Of a stretch of DNA of 64,000 bases, positions 50,770-58,730 are shown piece after piece (positions within the stretch are counted from its first letter, which is position 1; the number at the start of each line of letters is the position of its first letter). Position numbers and translations under genes: made by a program. The notes below the pieces were generated by a model. The model did not search any database, was not told the origin of the DNA, and was given only the letters and a program-made list of their open reading frames with translations. The stretch comes from Pedobacter sp. (GTDB taxonomy: Bacteria > Bacteroidota > Bacteroidia > Sphingobacteriales > Sphingobacteriaceae): the NCBI GenBank assembly GCA_045629455.1, contig JAZQRI010000083.1, forward strand, positions 6,536 to 70,535, given 5' to 3'.

Positions 50770-53700
50770 ATGAACTGGAACGCATTCAATACCCATAACG
50801 ATAGTTACGAAAATGCATTCGAAGCATTTTCCATACAACTTTTCGAACACTATCTCAGACGCAGCTATCCAGCAGGCTTGAGGGAGTTTTATGCAATTTC
50901 GGGCTCTGGGGGAGATGGCGGCGTGGAGGCATACGGCGTAGTGCCCACCGGGACGATAGGCCTGCAGGCGAAATGGTTCACCACAGCTCTTAGTGCCAAT
51001 CAGATCAAAAACATCAAGGAGTCGATATTAACTGCCAAAAAAATCCGTCCGGAACTAACTGAATATATCATCACTCTTCCCAAAAGGGTGAATTCAAAAA
51101 AAGGTGTTAAGGGGAAAAAGGTGGGAAGCAGCGAACAAGACAGGTTGCAGGAAATGGAAAATGTGGTTCTACAACAGCACCCCACTCTTAAGATTACCTG
51201 GTGGTTTGAGAACCTACTGTTAGAACAGTTGGAATATCCAGATAGTAGATCCATAGAATCCTACTGGTTCGGACGAAATTTTCTTACCCTTGATTTCCTA
51301 AGAAGCAAATTCAGAGACCAAAGGGAACACCAATGGCTCAAAACCAGGTATGCCCCGGATCTAAATGCTGAAGGAGAGATCGCTGCGCACTATGACGAAC
51401 TTTGCCTAGGTCAACATTTCAAATCAGAACTCTCGGATAAGCTACAATCTTTAGGCAATAAACTTGCTTCGGCCTCCAGTCTTATTGATGCCTACATCAA
51501 AGGACAGGATCGTACACCATCGGATGAAGAAACTAACCTGAGCAATCAGCTTAAATGTATAATAATCTGCATTATAGAGTATCAGAACAACATCGAGCTA
51601 CTAGCCACTGCCCTTCAAAAGGGATCGGTGCCCGAACTCCTGGTCCTTCCCGAATACGATCTATGGAAACCAAAAATGGCCGTAGAACGCATAAGGCCCA
51701 CCAATATCCAGATTCCTGTTGCAAAATCATTGGCAAGGGCTTTGGAAAAAATCCATAAGATACATTTGCCACAATACCTCTGCGCATTGAGAGATGAGAT
51801 GAGCAGAAAAATTAAAATATTTTTTGGGTCAGCGGGAACAGGTAAAACCCAAGGACTGGCGCACTGCACCTCCAAACATCTAGACGGAAATCTACCAGCG
51901 ATAATCATTCCGGCCAAAGGAACTCCCTGCGGAAATTGGACGCAAATTCTATCTAGCCAGCTCGAGCTGCCCGAAAGATCTGCTCAAGAGATCTTCACCG
52001 CTTTGGAATCGCTCGCGGTATCTGAACTTAGAAAGGAAGCTGAGCTTAATCGATCGAAAAGAAGCCATTCTGCAACAGTATTAATATCCGTTGATGGGCT
52101 CGAAGAAGATATAAGACATTGGGAAAAATGGTATGATAGGATTAACGATACCCTAGGTATCACCAACACCTTTCCACGAATCAGGTTTATGTTCTCTGCC
52201 AGGGAATATTTCCGCGACAACGACAAAATACCAGAAAGAGTACCATTCGAACAAGTTCAACTGCCGAGCGAGGGAGATATCTCTATAAATGATGCGGCGG
52301 AGATATATTTTTCTCCAATGCATTTCAACATAAGCAACGTAAACTCCGATGTGATGAAGCGTATTGAAAGCCTGTATGCTTTAAAGCTATTCTGCGAGCG
52401 CTACCGCGGAGCAGATCTTCTCTTTACCGAAGATGTACACACCGACCTCCGCTCACTTTTATCGGATAAAATCGCCGCGCTGGAAATTGAGTTTAAAAAT
52501 GGAAGCGGCCGCCGATTCTCCTCCACCTCTGCCCCAGTCGCCGATACTCTCCTCGCAATATCTCAACAATTTTTTACCGAAATAAGCCTTGAACACTCGA
52601 AACTTTTAAGCTTGCTAAACGAGCAAATCCGTTCGCTTTCCTATACGGAATTAGAAGTAATGTTAGAATTTTTATCCGAACGTGGGATATTGACCGCAGG
52701 TATGCACGAGACCATAGGGATAATCAAAAAGAGGGAGATATTTTACTACGTATCCTACCAATCCATCATCGAGCATGTCATTTCCGAAGATATCTTTATC
52801 AAGCTCGTAAATGGCGACATTCAGTCCATTCCCCCAATTGCCCTGAGCGGTATCGCAGCCCCCTTAAGGCTTGGCCATGTTGATATCGAGGCGGCATTTC
52901 CAAACGAGACAATGACCGAGGCGATTTTAAAGCGGGTATTTTTGAGGACGGGTAAACTGGTCGGTCAGGACGGATATTTGGCGACGGGTATGGGCCAGGA
53001 AGAAATTATAGCCATGCAAATGGCGGTGCTAGCTGTGGCGGACAATCTGCATGGCCCGAAATATGAAAATATGGTAAAAAATTGGCTGGCAATGGGGCAC
53101 TGGCACCAACAGCAAGTTTTTATCAGGGTCATTAGGCCGGCCAGCAAAATCGGAGCTTATTTTAATCCGCTATGGCTGCACCAGCATCTTCTGTCTATTC
53201 CAACAGTCTACGAAAGGGACATATTTTTATGGGCGGATAGATCCGTTAGAGCACATGACAACTATGATGGATTTGAAGCGGCAATATATCCTTTCGATGG
53301 TTATGACACCTCTCTCTACCCATTTGACCATTTCGACCAGGAACCATTAATATATGCCTGGTGCCTATCCTCGCCCAGCCGAAACATTCGAAAAGAACTG
53401 CGCTCCTCACTGCTCAACTGGGCAAACCTCAACCTGACCGATTGGATAAATTTACTGGACCTAATGAAGGACCAACAAGATAGCCAGATATTGGAGGACC
53501 TTGCTTCGGTATCTTTGGGTTTATCCTACACCTTAAAAGAAACCAGTGATGTACTGCTGCTATCTAATTGGGTCCTGGCCAATATTTTCGCAAATCCTGA
53601 TACTTATCTGAGCAGTAGGATACGCGAGGGATTCAGAGGAATTATAGACAGAGCGACCGAGCTAGGTGCACTTTCAAAGGAGGATGGAGCTCTAGCTAGG

Positions 53701-55056
53701 CCCAAAAAGCGGAAGGCACAATTACTGCCATTGGCAAAAGATGCTTTGGAAAAAAACAGCGAACAGTTCTTTCCAGTTGTTTCTGATCTTGCATGGTACG
53801 TCCTGGAAGACAGCTACGAGAACTTCTTAGATGAGAGCTATCATGCGGAGGAGGAAGATCAACTAAGCGATCAAATAAAATTCCTAATGCAATATTCTGC
53901 TGTCTACAAACTGGATAGTTTAACTCCTGCGCTATGGGCTCAAGCGGCCGTAATTGCCCAGATCAGAAATAAATTCGGCTATCTCGAAAAAAGCGGAAAT
54001 GTTGTTTTTCTGCCTTCTCATGGGGAAAAAGGCCTGATTATGTACTTTGCGGAGAAATATATCTGGCAGGCGGTCTACTCTGTACAGGGCTACTTATCGG
54101 AACAGCTGCCACTTATCGAACAGGAACGCTATATTAAGTCCTACCGTGAAATCGTAAATGTTTCAAATCCTGCTGAGGGGCTGATGCACAATGGAGATCT
54201 GTTATCTTCCCTCGACGATATTCCAGGGCCTGGATGGCTTATTCCTGAAAACCTAGTAAATTCGGTAACCATTGAACCAAAATTAATCAAAAAGGGTATA
54301 GATAAGGAGATTGATGAGCCAGATGGGCTTAACCTACATTTATGGTTAGAATACAGTGATAAATCAGCGAAGATATGGAGACAGCTGTTTAGCCAAACTA
54401 CTTTGGAGGACAAAAACCAGGTGGTCTATGGCAGGGTCACGGCAAATGCGGCTCTAATGCCGCCAGATGCGTTCCAACGATTTCTCAACATTTTACGTAC
54501 TTCTCCCGAGGACCTACACTTTTTAAGCAGCCTAGACACCCTGCTTGCCACACCGTCGGGCAGCTTTTATCAGAACCCAATCGACATAGTGGATGGAAAG
54601 GATATTGGCGAAGATAAACCAGATACATTACTAGAGATCGATGGGGAGGAATCCAACCTATACCACTCCATCGTTAAGGTCGTGCAATCAGAGAACAATA
54701 ATGAAAAGACCTACCATCTTCCCTCCAGAATCGTACGAGAACTTCTGGGAATAAAGCAACTAAAAGGGAAAAGACTAAAGGATTATATGGGCGAGACGAT
54801 TGGCTTTGTCACTGAAATGGGCAGACCGGGCGAAGAGAATTCTCAGCGATTGACCTTCGTCACGGCAGACATCCTTGACGTGGGATTAGCGGACACCGGC
54901 TATCAACTATTATGGTTCGTGGAGGTCTTTAAAAGAACTACACTCACTACAGAAAAGGATGGCCTATTTCTACGCAGGACACGGAAGTATTTAGTCTGGA
55001 TGGAAGATAATTTATACAAACAGCATAAGTTCTGGGACGGAGAGTCATCCAATTAA
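50770..55056 (+). CDS. Giant (1428 aa) P-loop STAND-like NTPase with N-terminal Mrr-type restriction-endonuclease-like domain
   Basis: FEAFSIQLFE...SGSGGDGGVEAYG...IGLQAKWF (Mrr_cat-like D...E.K pattern). Walker A FFGSAGTGKTQ; Walker B VLISVDGLEED; about 950-aa C-terminal region with no motif I recognise. Confidence 0.65.
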   Translation: MNWNAFNTHNDSYENAFEAFSIQLFEHYLRRSYPAGLREFYAISGSGGDGGVEAYGVVPTGTIGLQAKWFTTALSANQIKNIKESILTAKKIRPELTEYIITLPKRVNSKKGVKGKKVGSSEQDRLQEMENVVLQQHPTLKITWWFENLLLEQLEYPDSRSIESYWFGRNFLTLDFLRSKFRDQREHQWLKTRYAPDLNAEGEIAAHYDELCLGQHFKSELSDKLQSLGNKLASASSLIDAYIKGQDRTPSDEETNLSNQLKCIIICIIEYQNNIELLATALQKGSVPELLVLPEYDLWKPKMAVERIRPTNIQIPVAKSLARALEKIHKIHLPQYLCALRDEMSRKIKIFFGSAGTGKTQGLAHCTSKHLDGNLPAIIIPAKGTPCGNWTQILSSQLELPERSAQEIFTALESLAVSELRKEAELNRSKRSHSATVLISVDGLEEDIRHWEKWYDRINDTLGITNTFPRIRFMFSAREYFRDNDKIPERVPFEQVQLPSEGDISINDAAEIYFSPMHFNISNVNSDVMKRIESLYALKLFCERYRGADLLFTEDVHTDLRSLLSDKIAALEIEFKNGSGRRFSSTSAPVADTLLAISQQFFTEISLEHSKLLSLLNEQIRSLSYTELEVMLEFLSERGILTAGMHETIGIIKKREIFYYVSYQSIIEHVISEDIFIKLVNGDIQSIPPIALSGIAAPLRLGHVDIEAAFPNETMTEAILKRVFLRTGKLVGQDGYLATGMGQEEIIAMQMAVLAVADNLHGPKYENMVKNWLAMGHWHQQQVFIRVIRPASKIGAYFNPLWLHQHLLSIPTVYERDIFLWADRSVRAHDNYDGFEAAIYPFDGYDTSLYPFDHFDQEPLIYAWCLSSPSRNIRKELRSSLLNWANLNLTDWINLLDLMKDQQDSQILEDLASVSLGLSYTLKETSDVLLLSNWVLANIFANPDTYLSSRIREGFRGIIDRATELGALSKEDGALARPKKRKAQLLPLAKDALEKNSEQFFPVVSDLAWYVLEDSYENFLDESYHAEEEDQLSDQIKFLMQYSAVYKLDSLTPALWAQAAVIAQIRNKFGYLEKSGNVVFLPSHGEKGLIMYFAEKYIWQAVYSVQGYLSEQLPLIEQERYIKSYREIVNVSNPAEGLMHNGDLLSSLDDIPGPGWLIPENLVNSVTIEPKLIKKGIDKEIDEPDGLNLHLWLEYSDKSAKIWRQLFSQTTLEDKNQVVYGRVTANAALMPPDAFQRFLNILRTSPEDLHFLSSLDTLLATPSGSFYQNPIDIVDGKDIGEDKPDTLLEIDGEESNLYHSIVKVVQSENNNEKTYHLPSRIVRELLGIKQLKGKRLKDYMGETIGFVTEMGRPGEENSQRLTFVTADILDVGLADTGYQLLWFVEVFKRTTLTTEKDGLFLRRTRKYLVWMEDNLYKQHKFWDGESSN

Positions 55057-55141
55057 TTCGGGCGTTTCTACGTATACGGTTTTCTATTGAAATTAGCTGT
55101 ATATTTTGCATTTATGTTATGGATTATATTTTATACTGGTG

Positions 55142-56602
55142 TTATTCCTGTTTTAAAAAATAATCCTGCATGATGTCATTGAATTTTTTGGATTTAGCCA
55201 ACCCAGAAGTGTGCATAATCTTCTTAGGATCAAAGAAGTCAACTTTATATTTTTTTGTAGCTTCCATTGTTTCGATTAACGTTCTCGAATCGTCACTAAA
55301 TCCGCCCGTCGACCAATATTGAAAATGGATTTCTTTATCATTGAGCGAAGGTTGGTCCAATATCCATTTTCTGATCACAGCAATTTTTTCATTTCTCCAG
55401 ATTTCTATATCAGCCTTTATAATCGGGTAATTATAACCTTTACATTCTGCAACTACCACTTTATTTCCATAGACTGCATAAACATCCATCTCTCTTTGAA
55501 GATGTTCATGGCTGATCAACTTGCCAATATCCAGTGTTCCACATCCCATCTTGGAATGATAATAGCCAACCGCCATTTCAAAAAGGTCCCCACGCAAATT
55601 GTTTGTCTTTCCGCTAACAAGCGATTTAAGCTTTTTTATCAGGTCAAGAAACTGCTCTGGATTTTTTTTCAAGATGGCTCCCGCGTTAACTACTGAATTG
55701 ACCAGTGCTTTCATTAATGCCAAATACTCATCTCCGAACAATTGGTTCACAAATCCGACGATTATCCCATTGCTCTTTAGATAACTGAGCGCCTCAGGAT
55801 CCACGGAATCTACTATCAAGAAAGGCAGAAATTGTGGCGTGTTTTTTTGGGCCTTCAGTATATCCACTTTCTTAATAAAAAACTCTACCTGATCAGGAGT
55901 AATGTTATTATTAACCAAAATATCCGCCACCACATACCCGGGGGCAATTTTTTCATCTTTCCAGCGCGTAAGTGTACTCACATAAGACGGCGCTACGAAT
56001 GCAAAGCAAAAATTTCCGAAAGGAGAGTAAAAACTTGACGCATCATAACTAGTTAAGGCCATTTTCCGTGCCCAATCATTAAACTGGATCAACAATGTAT
56101 CCTTTACCAATTGAATACCCATACTAAGCCTCTGATTTGAAATAACCTGGCTTCTGCTTTCATTCAATGAAATATTTTCATCTATGTAACGATTTAAAAG
56201 CTCAAGAGATTTCAACTTCTCGATTGCCGAGTCAAACGTTAGGTGCCCTTTTACATTGCTGATAGGATTTACAGAATAAGCAGCTAGCTGCTCCGAGGGG
56301 AGAGACCCTCGATGAAACTCAAGCGCATTTAGGATATAATTGTATTGTTTGGCGTCAGATTTAATCGCCGCTCTTAAACCTTCCGAGAATTCAACCGAAT
56401 TGTAATCATCTTTTATGTAAAAAAGCGTCTGGCGGTTTGCGAAATAACCTGTCAACCGAAAGATGTTCTCATCCTTGGTTCTGGAAATTTGCTGACGTAG
56501 GGCGTCGTCACTTTGCATCCACCCGGCCAGTCGGAGTTCTTTGATGATCTGACCGGTTAAAATGGGGCCCTTAGATCTAATGATTTTTTTTATCGATGTC
56601 AC
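55142..56602 (-). CDS. Hypothetical protein: N-terminal wHTH-like segment plus C-terminal PD-(D/E)xK nuclease-fold
   Basis: C-terminus LRGDLFEMAVGYYH...REMDVYAV...VVVAECKGY (FE...D...E.K restriction-endonuclease-like pattern). GTG start at 56602. Convergent with the 1428-aa gene. Confidence 0.5.
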   Translation of the reverse strand: MTSIKKIIRSKGPILTGQIIKELRLAGWMQSDDALRQQISRTKDENIFRLTGYFANRQTLFYIKDDYNSVEFSEGLRAAIKSDAKQYNYILNALEFHRGSLPSEQLAAYSVNPISNVKGHLTFDSAIEKLKSLELLNRYIDENISLNESRSQVISNQRLSMGIQLVKDTLLIQFNDWARKMALTSYDASSFYSPFGNFCFAFVAPSYVSTLTRWKDEKIAPGYVVADILVNNNITPDQVEFFIKKVDILKAQKNTPQFLPFLIVDSVDPEALSYLKSNGIIVGFVNQLFGDEYLALMKALVNSVVNAGAILKKNPEQFLDLIKKLKSLVSGKTNNLRGDLFEMAVGYYHSKMGCGTLDIGKLISHEHLQREMDVYAVYGNKVVVAECKGYNYPIIKADIEIWRNEKIAVIRKWILDQPSLNDKEIHFQYWSTGGFSDDSRTLIETMEATKKYKVDFFDPKKIMHTSGLAKSKKFNDIMQDYFLKQE

Positions 56603-56898
56603 ACCACACTATTTATATTAAATTACTAATTAGTACTGTCGTGGTTTTTTTGAAAAACTGCGTTCGCTATTACCGCAAGACTGTTTTTAGTGATATTTAC
56701 GTGCGTTGACAGCATATTATCTAACCCGCACATTCTGCAAATTACAAAAAACAGGTCTTAAATCGATGATTCTTTCTCGAGCGTTAAATAAAATTAGTAT
56801 CGTCAGAAGGAGCCGCATTGACTATACTAATTAAACCTAGTTACTATAACCCAGTTAGAGTTAACAAAACAATTGATTATCTTGGCTAAAACTTTAAA

Positions 56899-57468
56899 AT
56901 GGACTTATCTTGTATCAATGATATTCTTCACGTGCAGATTCCATCCTTGCTACGCCAGGAAATGATCTCTGACTGGTACCGATCAGAAGCAGGAAAGATT
57001 GCAAGGGTCCTGACCGTGACAGACAAAAAATATTCATTAGCACTCAATACACCGTATAGCGACAAGCTGAAATACTTTGATCTGAATATATCAAATTGCG
57101 TCCATCAGTATTTTAACGAATTCAGCGATAGATTCTGGACCTCGCAGAATACCGATCACAAAAAGTTTTTAGTAGACAAGTATCTAAACCGAGAAGTGGT
57201 CCAGAAAATCCAGGATACCGCTCATGTTATCATTAGCAAAAATCTTCAATGGGAAAACCACAATAAGCCAGAACAACTGAAAAATAGAGAAGTAATTTTT
57301 ATTCTTCAATCCTTAAAGTTCAATCTGATATGGCTATACCTGGAGATAAAAAAATTAGTTGAGCATGCCGTTAATGATGGATATCAGACTCTCGAAACAT
57401 TGCTTGCAGAGCATTTTCACGAATACGACTGCTCATCGCCACATATAAAGGAAAACCAAGAATTTTAA
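56899..57468 (+). CDS. Hypothetical 189-aa protein, first gene of the pAgo operon
   Basis: ATG start; ends 14 nt before the next gene. No TM segment or motif recognised. Confidence 0.5.
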   Translation: MDLSCINDILHVQIPSLLRQEMISDWYRSEAGKIARVLTVTDKKYSLALNTPYSDKLKYFDLNISNCVHQYFNEFSDRFWTSQNTDHKKFLVDKYLNREVVQKIQDTAHVIISKNLQWENHNKPEQLKNREVIFILQSLKFNLIWLYLEIKKLVEHAVNDGYQTLETLLAEHFHEYDCSSPHIKENQEF

Positions 57469-57482
57469 CCTAATTTTAATGC

Positions 57483-58703
57483 ATGGTTAAAATATTTCGG
57501 CTCTTAGTAATTATCCTAGCAATAATTACTGTATTTATAACGATCATCTTCTTAGTTATTGTATGGAAGAACTTCACCTTCATAGGTTCAGGCGCTGTAT
57601 CTTGGGAGCACACCTCGCAAGTCTCAGACTTTTTCGGAGGGGTCATCGGCACATTTTTATCCGCCATGGGTTTTATCCTAATATATTTGAGTTTCAACTC
57701 GCAGACAGAGAGCCAAAATGACCAGAAAAATCAGTTTCTTCAATCCCAGATCGAAACTCGCTTCATCGAACTGATCAAGATCCATAAGGAAACCGTTGCC
57801 AATCTCACCTATGACAGAGAGATAACCTTACAGGGGCAAAAAGTGATTGATTTTATTGTGGGGCAGTTTGAATCATCTTTTGTTGAAGTAGCGGCATTTT
57901 TCACCAGCCTTGAGTCTGAACAATGCTACAAACCAACAGTATTACAAACGATCAACGGAATTTTATCCCTGCGAACAATTAGCCCTATTCTTTTAGCCCA
58001 AATAGATATTGCTTATTCCATTGTATTTTTTGGAATGGCCAAAGATGATATTGAATCCCTGAGGCACTTACTTAAAAGGCATTACAATGATGATCTGATC
58101 GATGAAATACTTGAGTTTATCAAGCTAAAATCACTCGGCAAAGAAAACCTGTCTAAATGGAAGATCATTTTAGAAAGCGGCCTCACTAGGGAAAATATCA
58201 ACTCGACCATAGCGGAATATCGCCAAAACGGCACCATTGCAAGAAGGCAATTCGATGCAGCGTATCAGGACGCCTTTGAAACGCTACTGAAAAAGGAGTC
58301 ATCGGATAAATACTATGGGGGACATCAATATAAGTTAGGCCATTATTTCAGGCACCTATTTCTGACCGTGAAATACATCAACGACCAATCAATCATTGGT
58401 TATAAGGATAAATATAACTACATAAAAATACTAAGGGCCCAAATTTCTACAATTGAACAGTATCTGATATTCTATAATTCACTTTCATTTATGGGTAGGG
58501 CCTGGGAACTGGAGCATGTCAACACGACCAGTGATGAAGCTATCAAAAATAAATGGCTTTTTACAAAATACAATTTCATTAAAAATACACCTAATCTGTC
58601 TCAACTTGGCGTAATAAAACTGGACGAATTCTATCCAGACCTGCAGTTCGAGTTCACCGGACAACCTGAAAAAAGAGCCGAACTAGGCCAGTTATTCAAA
58701 TAA
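57483..58703 (+). CDS. Two-TM membrane protein resembling the putative phage abortive infection (AbiC-like) family; candidate pAgo effector
   Basis: Hydrophobic helices at aa 5-28 and about 48-71 (SDFFGGVIGTFLSAMGFILIYLSF), a Q-rich linker, FIELIKIHKE, and later GHYFRHLFLTVKYI. It lies 27 nt upstream of the pAgo gene. Confidence 0.6.
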   Translation: MVKIFRLLVIILAIITVFITIIFLVIVWKNFTFIGSGAVSWEHTSQVSDFFGGVIGTFLSAMGFILIYLSFNSQTESQNDQKNQFLQSQIETRFIELIKIHKETVANLTYDREITLQGQKVIDFIVGQFESSFVEVAAFFTSLESEQCYKPTVLQTINGILSLRTISPILLAQIDIAYSIVFFGMAKDDIESLRHLLKRHYNDDLIDEILEFIKLKSLGKENLSKWKIILESGLTRENINSTIAEYRQNGTIARRQFDAAYQDAFETLLKKESSDKYYGGHQYKLGHYFRHLFLTVKYINDQSIIGYKDKYNYIKILRAQISTIEQYLIFYNSLSFMGRAWELEHVNTTSDEAIKNKWLFTKYNFIKNTPNLSQLGVIKLDEFYPDLQFEFTGQPEKRAELGQLFK

Positions 58704-58730
58704 AATTTCAAATTAACACCTCAAATACCA

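Noticed and set aside
47431-55056. Calling the region Lamassu or CBASS because of the Cap4/DUF4297-like domain
   Set aside because: No SMC-like LmuB/LmuC and no CD-NTase or cyclase gene is present. The nuclease domain is fused to a NACHT-like NTPase instead.
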